From contig JBNGIO010006284.1 of NCBI GenBank assembly GCA_049999805.1, positions 352,001-402,834 on the forward strand: 50,834 nucleotides of DNA, written 5' to 3'. The translations under genes were made by a program, and so were the position numbers. This DNA is from Folioceros fuciformis. Taxonomy: Eukaryota. Shown piece after piece: positions 1 through 12,900 of the stretch. Every line of letters begins with the position of its first letter. Within the stretch, counting starts at the first letter, position 1. The notes under the pieces are model-generated. The model did no database searches. It was not told where the DNA came from and saw nothing but the letters and a program-made list of their open reading frames with translations.

Positions 1-112
1 AGTGCGGGGGCGGGGGAGGGGGGAGTTGGGTGCAGCTGCTTTGGTGTCGTGTCTGGAGGAATGTGGCGGTGTTTAGGTGCGGGTTTTGATGCGGTGTCTC
101 TGTTTTTGGCAG

Positions 113-3100
113 GTGTGAGCTGCTGGTGTCGGCTGGAGGTGTCACTGAGAAGTTGGCTTCCGGATTGCTGAAGCCGTTTCAGGCGCACCTGCGGGCTGCC
201 GAAGAGCAGATCGCGCAAGGTGGCTATTCCATCAAACTGGATCCCAAGGCAGCAGGAGTTTCCAATGGTGCCGCTCCTTGGTTTTCTAAAGGAACGCTGG
301 AAAGGTTGGTTCGACTGCTCTGCTCTGCCCTGCCCTGCCCTGCCGCAGTGCAGCTTGCGGACGCCTTGTCTCAAACGTGTGTTGCTGCTGGTGTCGTCTG
401 CTGGTGGCCAGGTTTGTCCGTTTTGTGAGCACCCCGGAGGTGCTGGAGCGCGCGAGCACAGTCGAGGCTGAGCTCTTGCAGCTTGAAGTGGGAATGAGCA
501 TGCAATCAACTGATTGTGCTCGGGTGAGCATCTTTGGACCTTTATCGTTTCCTGTGTTGATTCAATGGGTTTGCTGCTTCTGTGATTACTAAACCATCTT
601 GGTTCTTAGGTTGATGATTCGGCAAGAAATGAACCACCAACTCCACCACCTGGTATGGCATTTTGGGTGTACCTCTCTATGCAACTTCATTCGTTTGGAT
701 GGGATCGATGCTTCGCTCTTACGCTACTTTCTGTCCCGCAGCGTCAAAGCAGGCATATGGACTTGGCATGGACAAGAATGCAACTTCTCTGAAGGTGAGG
801 ATCCAGATTTTGCCAGTCTCGTTGTCGATCAAGCCTTCGGCAGGCTTGCCTTATTCCGTTGACCACTTTCTGCAGCAGTTGAGGCGGGAATCTATTGATG
901 GGCCCGATGTCGGAGAGAGTTCAAAGTACGTGCACACTATCCGATTGCCATTGGACAAGTGTATGTCGTTCCCGACACCAGCTGTCAGTTCTCACCGAGC
1001 TTCTGAATTGTGTAATGTAGGAGGAGGTTGCTCAGGGCTATGGATGCGCGCCGATTGATGCTGCAGAAGGAGCAGGGCATGGCATTTGCCCGTGCCTCCG
1101 CAGCGGGCTTTGACATTGTTCACATGAATGACTTGATTATATTTGCTGAAACATTTGGAGCTGTCCGTTTGCGGTAAGCTGCCAAGTCCTTATCCAGGAG
1201 CCCAGTGAGGGCGTTAGTCTAACGAGTCGCATTGGATCTGACGTCTTGTGCCACCGTCTTTGCTGAAGATGTGTCTGGGCGTCTCGGGGATTCCTCTGAG
1301 TCTTAACCGCTCGTTTCTTTTGTCAGGGAGGCTTGTCTAAAATTTATGGCCCTATGCAAAAAGAGACAAGAGGCTGGTCTGTGGATTGAGGAGCTGGATT
1401 TGACAGCTGCAGAAGCTGCGTCTGTGCGTTCCGAGGCTCTAGGTGGGCCTGAGAAGCAGGAGATGTGGTCGGATTTGCACAGCGAGCCTGGCGAGTATAA
1501 GCTTGATGCAGGCTATGATGATGTCAACCGGGCACAAGGCAATCACTATGGAGATGGAAGAGGCTACTACGTGGAGGACTTCACTCACAACGATCCTCAC
1601 AAGAGGGCAGGGCAGCACTACGGCGAAGGAAATGGGGAGCTATCGTCGAGTTACCGTCCACGGGGCAAGCCTCACCAGTATAACATGATCAGCCAGCGTC
1701 AAACAGATGATCCTGGCAGTTACGGGCACGAGGGATCTGGCAGGTTCTCGGATGATGGGTTGATGGGTCCACGACCATCGCTTTGGCAGCAGTCATCCGC
1801 TGTTCCCCCTGCCGTCCAGTTTCAGCCCCCATCTCTCGGCAAGTTTGCAGGTGCAAGATTGCCAGGCGAAGGAGCTTACCCTGAGCATGGAGCCGGTGAC
1901 TTCAGAGATGCAGAATCTGGCAGATCCACGAGGCCCAGGGCTACCTGGGCTACAATGTCCCCCAGACAGGTGCCAAACTTCCCGCACATGGGCGACGCTG
2001 ACATGTATGAATCGAGGGCTCGTTACGATATGGTGTACAATGGGGGAAGCCAAGCTGGAAGAGGTCTCCCACCTCCTCTAGGCAGCCATGTGCACCAAGG
2101 ATATCCTGAAAACCACCTTCAACAGGAGAGGCAGATGGAGCAACAGCATCTGCACCCATCCAATCAGCTACACTGGCAGATGGGTCAAATTTATCCAGAC
2201 GGGTATGAAGCAAGGGGCTCTCCTCGCGCTCCTTCCCAAGCCTATGGTGATCCAGAGGCTACGAGTGAGATGGATCATGCAGGTGGGGTTCCGGCTCCTC
2301 CCAGGGAGTGGCACGTCTCCACCCCACCGAAAGTTCAACATCCTTCAGCGGTGTTCCAGAACAATGGCATCCACACAGGACCTACTTCTCAAGACAGTCC
2401 TTCCAAGGATGTGCGTTCTCCGACGGACGCGAATACCAACAGGCGTCTCGCCCGCAGGTCTACATCTCCCAAACGGAGGTCACCTTCCCCGATGAGAAGA
2501 GTTCAAATCGGGCGTAACGGGCCACGGCGTCCAGGCATGGTGGTCATTCGAAACATCAACTACATCACCTCGAATTCTCAAGAACGTGAGAAGGACAAGG
2601 GCAACGCCAAGGGATCAGGCGATGATGATGACGAAGAGAGCGAGTTAGAAACTGATTCTGGCGAGGAACCCCTTGCCCGCAAGGCTGAGGGTGTTCGAAT
2701 GAGTGTTCAAGATGCCATCAGCCTTTTCGAGGGCAAGAAGCGGGAGTCTGCAGGAGTCTCGAAGAAGAAAGGTGGAAAGAAAGATGGCCGCAGAGGGTCT
2801 GTGGAGAGTGCGAGTTCAGTCTTGTCGCACAGGGGATCATTCAAGCGGTGGAGCGGTGCTAGTGAGCTCAGCTCGGATTCCGTGGCACAATCGCAGCTCG
2901 AGCATGAACTGGAAGATGAGGTCGACCAGAACACTGGAGACTCACATGCCAGCTTCGATAAACAGAAGCACGATCTTGGAAACGAGATGGCTCTCATGAG
3001 TGGAATGGCTGGCAAGAGCTCGGATTTGTTGGGAGCCAAGGTGTCGAGCGCTTCAGCTAACTATGGAGATCATCAATCTGCCTGGCAAGCTGACCAGTTT

Positions 3101-6100
3101 GAAGCAGAGTTGAACAGTCGTTACGATCGTGGGAACAAGTCGGCAATGGAGGAGTCATTCATGTTCCCAGAGAGGGAGGTTCGTACTAAAAATACCAGGG
3201 ATCTTTCAACTCACACTTTTGAGGAGAGCCATGATCCCCCAAAGGCATATCCGTCTGAAGAATTCATGGTGGTGCCCGAAAGACCGCGTGTGGACGCTCC
3301 CAAGCAAAGGCTTTTGTCTGATGATGTGGCCGAAGTGCAGGGTTCTGTGAGCGGGCGCGGGCCCATAACGGATGACTCTTTCATGCTTGGCGAACGCTCG
3401 GAGCCGACGAAATCTGGAATTGCCCCGGCCTCTCGGGTGTTGAACCCTGACATGGATTTGAAGGACGACAGGAGGGATGAGCTGAAGTATAAAGTTGACG
3501 ACTCGTTCATGGTTGCAGCCCGGCAGGAGCAGAGCAGCAGCCTGTGGCGAATGGCCGTGAACATGGAGTCTGAGCTGCCCACTAATCAGTACAGCTCTGC
3601 CGATGTGCAGGCGAAGGATGATGCAAGTCCGTATGAACCGGAGGATGTATTTATGTTGCCTGAGCGCAACGTGTCCAGAGATTCATTTGGCAGAGCCTGG
3701 AACGCCACAATCGACTATGACGTGGAATTGCTGCGTGACGGGCAGCAGGGAGAAGATGATGAGGTGAGGAGCGCGGCAGCTGACGGCGTGTCTCCGAAGT
3801 CCCAGAAGGGCAGGTTCTATGACCAGTACCAGGAGAAGAGAGAAGCTAAGCTTCGTGAAGAGTCGGGCCCGAAGAGGGCCGAACGAGAAGCGAAGTTGAA
3901 AGCCATGCAGGAGGTGTTGGAGAGGAGGAAGGCTGAAATGACGGCGAGGACTGGAAGATCTGCAGACAGGAGCAATTCCTTGGCTGAGGCACAGGCTCGT
4001 GCTGAGAAACTGCGAGCTTACAAAGCTGGATTAGCGAGGAGCAAGAAGGAGCAGGTACTTCCGATTACTGATTGAATGATGCTTTGGTACTGCATTCAAG
4101 CAAAGCAGTGCCCTAGTCGTGTCATGCGTGGGGGCTCAGGTGATTGTGGTGGGTGATGTTGTTGGATCAGCTTTCGGTGGTTTTTTCCTGGGGCAGTGAC
4201 GGCAGATGCAGTGGTCGTTGTGCATGTTATTTTCCATGGTTCTTTTAGCCTTCTAACAACGTATTTCACATCTTCAGGAAGAGGAAGAGAAGAAGCGTCT
4301 GGAGGAGCTAAGAGCTCAGCGCCGGGAAAGGATTGCAGCGCGAAGTAGTCCTACCTCAGTTGGAACTCAGTCCGCTGCTTCGACACCTCGAGCCTCTGCC
4401 AGACAGCCTCAGCCGCCTACACCAAAACCCAATATTGTGAGGAAGCTTTCCCCAACCCCTCAGAAGGCAACAACTTCGGCAAGCACTCCTCGAAGTTCTA
4501 CCCGTGGCGTGGCTACATCTTCTCCAAGGCCGCCTCCTAAGAACTCCCCTAGCACTAGGCGGACTACAGGTGCAGGTCAATCTGGCAATGGGGAGAACCC
4601 GCTGAGTCGCTCTGTGCCCTCTCTGGCAGAGCTAAGGAAGGAAAACACCAAGCCGTCAGGGGGGCGCACGGGAACAAACTCACTTCAAGACAGTAAAGCT
4701 GTGCTTCCTGCAACCAAAGCCACCGGCCCTGGAGGACGAGCAAAGCCATCCAGTGAAGCTGCGCTGGTGGAGGCCAATGGGGGTGTTCCTGCGGCATCTC
4801 GGGCTTCTAGGGTAGGTGCTGATGACAGAAGGAAGAGTGTCACGGGCAGGAAGAGTCTCTCGGGTGCCACGGAACCCAGATCGCACTCTGTCCCTGCGCA
4901 GGAAAAATCTGTGTTGGGACCGCTCAAGGTCTCCAGGGATCTGCTTCCTGAGCCTACCGTGGCTAGCAGAGTTACCAGGAGGACTGCAGCACCTGCCCAT
5001 GACGCCAAGCCTTTCTTGAGGAAAGGGACCGGCATTGGTCCAGGAGCTGGTCCAGGTGTTCGCAAGCTGAAGGATGCTCTTGCTGAAGCCCAGAAGGCCC
5101 AGGATGAGGAGGATGGTGCATCAAATGCTGACACTGCGTCTGTCGTCGATGCTCCATCTACTCCGGCTTTACGGGTGCATCTCAGTGATGCGGACTCAAT
5201 CTTTGCAGACTCATACCCGGAGGCTGTTGCCCCACGCGTCACTATTACTGACGGAGAGGGTGTGGAGAGAGCTGGCGTGGGCCCTGGTCTCACTGCAATT
5301 AGAGCCCCGAGATCAACCGCCCCTGGAGCAGTGACTTCTGATTCATCTCTCGAAACCCAGGCGACAGGTGTAGGACGCCAGGATTCCGTTATTCATGAGA
5401 GCTCAGGTCGCGGGGATGTGAAGGAGCTTGATGTCCAAGCCCCTGCTGAAGATTTGTCTATTCCTATTGTGGCTCCTTCTATCAAGCCCATTTCTCCTCC
5501 TAGGATCCAGACCAACTACCCTGTGAGAGTTTCAGAGCCATCTTCTGCCATCAAATCATCGTCAGCACCGAGTGTCGGGCAAACTGAAACCTATGAGGCT
5601 CCCCATGTAGAATTGACAAGGTCTCCCACGCATCCTTCCATTTCAGTCTCAACTCAGGACAGGGACCCTGAACCTAGACCTGCTCCTCCTGCTGTCCCTC
5701 CAGTCCCTGCAGCTCCTTCTACCCCCTTGCCTGTGAAGAAAACTCTGCTGGAGGCTTTGATATCCAGTGAACCTTATGTTGCTCCCTTGGCACCAGCCTC
5801 CGCCTCCCCTGCCAGAGGTGAGGTGTATGCTCGTGCCTCTGATGCAGGTGACCATGATGGTTCGTATGCTGCAATGTCAGGGTCACCTTCCCATGTCCGG
5901 TCACCACATTTTTTGGCGACTGTTGAGCAGTACAGTGCGCCCATTGCCTTAGCTTCTGCCTCGCCAGCAGCAAGCCCTGCTTCTCAAACTTTGCCTCAAC
6001 TGCGGCACACTGTGTCGCCAAACTTAGAGGCTGTCAAAGCTGCTGCCCCTGCACCGAAGAAGTTGGCTGCTGCTCAGAAGGCAGCATCGGTAAATCAACA

Positions 6101-6733
6101 TGCCCCTCCGAAGGAGACTCAGAAGTCTGGAGGTCTGAAGAGGTTGTTGAAGTTTGGAAGAAAGAGTACTGGCAGCAGCACCAGCAGCATTTCGAATACC
6201 AAGACAGACTGGGTGTCTGCTTCAACCACCTCTGAAGGAGATGATGAAGCTGATGATGCAACCTATGGTGATAGCAAGCCTCATGGAAATGGTTCGAAAT
6301 CCAAGGCACCCACGAACGCAAAGAACTCCAAGAACATGGGTCACGCCGTGGATTTCTCTTCAGATGGAATCCATGATGACAGTTTCAACGACTACAGCTG
6401 TAAGTGCACCGACGACTTGGCATGTGCTTTCATCCGCTACCACCGTACCTCCCTATGTAATTCTAACCCTCTCCTGATGCTGCAGCCTCATCGGTCAGGA
6501 GCTCGATTCCAGCACCTCCAGCCAACTTCAAGCTGCGAGAGGATCACCTTGCCGGTGGAAGCATGCTAAAAGGTACCAGGCTCTGAAGACGAGAACCCCC
6601 AAGGACTCTTACCTTCACTTTCGTACCTTGCTTGCTAACTCCTATTCTGTCTGTTTGTTTTCCAGCTCCACGGTCCTTCTTCTCACTTTCTTCTTTCCGA
6701 AGTAAAGGCAGTGAAGGGAAGTACAGGGCTTGA
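113..6733 (+). CDS. COP1-interacting protein 7 (CIP7)-like protein, multi-exon, first exon lies upstream of the window
   Basis: Inferred exons 113-304, 412-523, 610-652, 742-794, 879-925, 1021-1173, 1327-4054, 4278-6399, 6486-6572, 6666-6733, with GT-AG boundaries. Family motifs: [94 protein letters not shown], and C-terminal [39 protein letters not shown]. Confidence 0.88.
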
Positions 6734-8048
6734 AGAGGTGTTAGCTGAAGGCAAGTGCCGTCAGCAAGCTTTGTGTTGTGAAGGCTATGGCGTCATTTGC
6801 GACAGTCACAACCTGCATGTCACGAGGCATCGTATTTTATGTGCATATCAACCTCAATTATGCCTCCTTTGTGTGAGGGGAGGCCATAGGAGATGGTTAT
6901 TATACATTTTCCCTAGAGTTAGCCTAGAATCTAGAATGAACCTTTATGTCTCCACCTGAAGAGAGTATCGTCTTTATGCGGCTGCGGCTGTTTCGGACAA
7001 TAATCCCCACATTTCTGGTTGTGACTCGGCGCTCGTTGTTAACCACGGTCAGATCGAATCGTTTGTCGTATTGGCTACGTACGAACTCTCTTGATCCTGA
7101 TGAATCTTCGGTTCCATCCCACCCTCATCCATGGGGAGGAACAGGGATCTGATCTGAATGTGTGGTAAACAATAGAGCTGGAGCTCCAAGTGGCAATTTT
7201 ATATCTTGTCCGCACCAAGTTGTGTTGTTTACAACTGGGTCTTCTTCCTCAAAAGCTGAAAGTTTCCTGGTGTCAGGGTGGATTCAGTGTGCTCCTCATG
7301 TGCCCTAACCTGCTCCCATAAGCGTTGAAGGGGCTTGTCATCCTTCACTGCAAACACACGGAGTCATAGCAAACCAATTAGGAGGACTCGCTCAGTCATT
7401 CTAGACAACTTCCATCTGACAATCCTAATTCCTGCTATCACATCTTCCCCGTTGCTCTTGACCTTGGTTTTTCTCCCCTGGTCTCAGTCCAGCCCATTCT
7501 TCACACATCAAATGCCCGAAACATAAGGAAGCTATGACTAAGGATCTCTGACACCTTCCCTGCATTCCACAATTCCCACAGGCTACCAAGAGACCATCTC
7601 GCCGACCTATTGGAGCAGGAATTCTATCCAATGACCTGCCTTTCCCCTGCGCCTTGCACAGCCGGCTGACAGAGCAGCCTGTGCACACGCAGGCAGCCAT
7701 GGAAGAGCCGTTCCCAGGGAAGAATCGGCCACGAAACCGAGCCCTGACTTGACCATGTCAAATTCGCAAGACTATAGCAGCTTTCCCACCTACCCTGCCC
7801 TGCAATGCAGGCTGGAAAAGGCAGGCCTACAGCCGGCCCAGGCCTCCACATGGCACACACCGCCCGCCACCGTCTTGCATTCAATTCAAATCTACCTGAG
7901 CTTGCCCGTGCGTCTGCGCCCTAATCCGGGGTCGATGGCGTAGCTGATGTGAGTGGCGGGGATATCTATGTATAATGGTGGTGGTGAGTGATAGAGTCTT
8001 GGCCTGGAGGAAGGCACTCCACTCCGAGCGGTGAGGTGTTTCTTGTGA

Positions 8049-8678
<630 letters not shown>

Positions 8679-9987
8679 CGCTCTAAGGCTTCCCCTTGCT
8701 CCTGCTGTTGCTACTTGCCGCATCTGTGTCTGGATTTGTATTGGAACAAAGCTCACTTGCAGGACCCTCAGGCTCGGTTCTCCCTCGCCCGGTAGCTAGT
8801 GTTGGAATTTTGCTTCACTCTCAGAGTGCAGGATTGGTACCAGGACATGCATTGGCTTGAGGACATGATATCTACTTCTTTTTCTCCACAAGGCACTTGG
8901 TCTGTTTAGTATTCTTTCTATGTTGTGGAAGAGCAACAACAGCAATACGAGGCCACCATCAAGTTTGTCAGTCTGCAGGCAACATAGCACACAATAGGAC
9001 ATCAGTTTTTCCCCCTTTTCTCTTTCCGTGACGAAGATGTTCAGGAGTGTATTTCGTTGTACCCTCTGGGACTGTTTTCTCTAAATCTATACTTGTTGCA
9101 CAAGACTTCTCTTCTCCGTTTCTTTCTGGCTGTGAGCGTCTCGGTGTCTCCATTTGGTATGATGGATGAACACCTGTCGGGAGCTAACTTCTCCTTCAAA
9201 ACAGAGCCGAGAAGCCTGGAATTTATTTATACCACTCTGCCAGGGCCCATTTGTGCAAGCCGCATGTTGTAAGCCCGCCCCGGTTTTGTGGGCAGTTCGT
9301 GGAATCTATCTTCGGGAGCCAAATCTCGTAGGAGTGAGCTGCAGGATCGCAGCACCAGCTCTGTCGTTTGAACTGCCGCTTGTTCATCAGTTACTGTCCA
9401 TTCGAAGCCTTCCAGAGCACGATATTCGGCTTCGCACGAGGTGTCTGTGATCTGCCTGCAACTGTTGGCTGTCGACGCCAAGCAACCAGTTCACAAAGTC
9501 TCTTTGATACACGATTATGTACGCCTGCACCGTAGCCCGTCATGACTGTTGCCCATTGCCTTGTGGGCATGGACGTCAACAGTGTACTGCTTGCTCTACG
9601 TTGCATGAGAGCACACTGCTGGTGAAGGACTCAGTCCTCAGATGCTGCCACAATGCACGAGCATGAAGAAGGGTACTCGGGGTTGCAACAGGTGACACTC
9701 GGTCACTTGCGTGTTGGAACAATCAAACGGAAAGCAGAGGATGGGCTGCATTGGTGTCGTTTACTCACTAGCCACGGCTGCGGTGGGAGGATCTACTCGA
9801 CAGTTACCAGGGCAGGGGCCTGGGGAGACAGCAGGGCTTTGCTCCGGGGGGTATCCTGGCAACCACAAGGGTCCAGGTCCGAGTCCGAGGACAGCGTGGG
9901 GATCTATCGTCTTTGAGGACGGCCTTGTTGTGGTGCCATCAATGGGAAGGAATAGCCTGCTGCTGTGTGGTGGCGGCAGGGAAGTTC

Positions 9988-12900
9988 ATGGAGCTCAGCA
10001 GAAGGGCAGGCACCAAGGCTATGCCCTTTTGCCTACGCCAGATAGGAAGGAGGAATGCTCAGCAACAGGCTTCTCGAGAAGACCCCTGGATGAGAGGGTG
10101 TGCAGAGGAGCCGGTCAGCGAGGCTGTTGAAACCTTGCAGCTTCTGGTGCACCAGGGTTTGTATGTGCCCACATTCGTGCTGTATCGGTTCCTCAGGACG
10201 TGCATGCTGGAGAAGGATATAGCTGTGGGCAGCTTTCTGCATTCTCTTGTCGTCGCCAGTGGGTATGAAGGGGACAAACTTTTGGCCAACCACACTATCC
10301 GCATGTTTACCTCGCATGGAAGGTTGCAGGAAGCATTACAGGTGTTTAGGAGATTCAATTCTCCAAATACTTTTCTGTGGTCTTCCATCATTTCGGCGAA
10401 TGTTCAATGTGGTCAGCCTGTGCTGGCGGTAGAAATGTATTGGAGGATGCGACAGTCTTCTGTCATGCCAGACAATCACGTCTTTGTGGCAGTTCTGAAT
10501 GCGTGTGCCAGCACAGCAGACGTAACCTCAGGCAGGCAGGTCCATGCCGATGTCCTCACTAGTCCTGTGAAGCCTGATGTCTTCGTGGGCAGCAGCTTGG
10601 TAGATATGTATGCAAAATGTGGGAGCTTAGACGATGCCCGAGTGGTGTTTGACAACTTGGCCACAAAAAATGAGGTTACATGGTCTGCCATGCTTGCAGG
10701 ATATTCTCAGCATGGGCAAGGAACGGAGGTCCTTAATCTCTACGCCAGTATGCAAAATGAGGGCATCACTCCAGCTGATCATATCACCTTTGTCTACCTC
10801 CTCAAAGCGTGCGCCAGCACTGGTGCTCTACTTCAAGGGAAGCAGCTGCATGCCGAGATTCGAGTAAGAGGGCTTGGAGCTGATGCGGTCGTCAGCAGCT
10901 GCCTAATTGACATGTATGCGAAGTGTGGAAGTATGAAAGATGCTCGATGGGTTTTTGACAATCTAGCGGTGAAGAATGGGGTCACGTGGAATGCCATGCT
11001 GGCTGGATATGCTCAATATGGGCATGGTGAAGAAGCCCTTACTCTCTTCGAAGATATGCCTGACACTGAGACAGATCACGTGACGTTCTTGTGCCTATTC
11101 AAAGCATGTGCCAGCATCGGAGCAATAGATCGGGGAAAACAGCTTCACGCTCGGGCTCAGGCGAAAGGACTAGCGGCCGACAAAGTAGTAGGGAGCTGCT
11201 TGGTCGATATGTACGCTAAATGTGGGAGCTTGGACGAAGCCCGTCGGGTGTTTGACTCGTTGGGGACAAAAGATGTAGTGTCTTGGAATGCCATGCTCAC
11301 AGGATATGTGCAGCAGGGTGCTGGACATGAAGCCCTGAATCTGTATGCAATTATGCAGCAAGAGGGATTCATTATAGCCAATCAACGCACGTTTCCGTGC
11401 CTGATAACAGCGTGTGGCAGCATAGGGGCACTAGATCAGGGGCACCAACTCCATGCCCAAATCCGGGAAAAGGGACTTGAAACCGATTTGATTATCAGCA
11501 GCTGCCTGATCGATATGTATTCGAAATGTGGGGTGCTTAGTGATGCTTGCAGGGTTTTTGACGTTTTGTCTACAAAAGACGTGGTAACCTGGAATGTCAT
11601 GCTTGCAGCATATGGTCACCATGGACTCGGTGAAGAAGCTCTTCAATGTTATGCAAAAATGCTCCTAGAAGGTGTGAGTCCAGATGAAGTCACTTTTCTT
11701 TCGCTTCTGTGTGCATGCAGTCATTCTGGGCTAGTAGACCAAGGTTTTGGGTACTTCGAGTCCATGAGCAAAGTTTATGGTTTGACTCCAAGTATAGAGC
11801 ATTATGTGAGTATGATTGACATCTGTGGACGTGCTGGACATTTGACAAGGGTACAAGAATTGCTGCAGAAGATGCCCATGCAACCTGACCTATCCACATG
11901 GCTGTCTGTTCTGGGCGCCTGTCGGAAGCACGGTAACGTTGTGCTAGGGAAAAGGGCCTTTGATTGTGCAATACATGTGGAGCCTAAGAATCCTTCTGCA
12001 TATATGTTGATGTCACACATCTATGCTGATGCTGGCATGATGGATTGTGCCAAGAAGCTGTGGAGTTTGAGAGTTACGGAATGTGCGTGGAAGGAGCCTG
12101 GTCTGACTTGGATCACACTTGATCAGCAATCTCACACATTCACTGCTGGGAGCCAGGGGGATTCAAAGCATGAAGAGGTGTATGACATGTTGCAACAGAT
12201 AACCATAAGGCTGAAGGCTCGTTACCCGTCTGGATTGACTAGTATCCCACGCAGGCACTACTGCACCCGTCGGGAGAACTGGCTGGCAGAAAAGGAGGGC
12301 TCCGTCTCCAGACGTTCAGAGAAGCATGCAGAACAGGCACAAATCCGTCTGATAGCGGGGAACACTAGTAGTCAAGGCTGTCACAACTTGGCAAATCCTA
12401 TGTCAAAGAAGGATAGCAGACCGGTGTATGGACATGCATCTGACATGTTTGAAGCAACACCTTTGGCTTCTTCTGATTTTTGTTGGAGCAAACTGTGTGA
12501 GCAAGGGCAGCTCAGTCAAGCTGTTCACTTGTTAGATCAACTTCTCGATCAAAGATCCTGTGTTTCAATATCTACCATCTATGAGATCCTCAAGAGCTGC
12601 ATCTCAAAGAAGGATCTGGTTGCTGGCAGTATCGTCCATGCTCTCGTCTTGATAAGTGGTTACGGCTCAAATGTGTTTTTGTCCAACCACATTATTCGCA
12701 TGTATGCTTCACATGGGAGGTTGGAGGAAGCGTTGCAGGTCTTTGCCAGCCTGGATAGTAGAAATGCTTATTCATGGTCTTCCATCATCTCCGCGCATGT
12801 TGAACATGGCCAGCATATGCAGGCAGTAAACTTGTACTGGCAGATGCGGCAGTCTCCGGTGATGCCAGACCAGCACACGTTTGTAGCAGCTCTAAAAGCA

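Noticed and set aside
1346-6569. ORFs of 909 aa and 710 aa as separate genes
   Set aside because: They are two large exons of the single CIP7-like gene, joined via the 4055-4277 intron.
9711-10130. 139-aa ORF overlapping the PPR start
   Set aside because: No recognisable domain. It could hold an upstream exon, but I could not define an in-phase splice.
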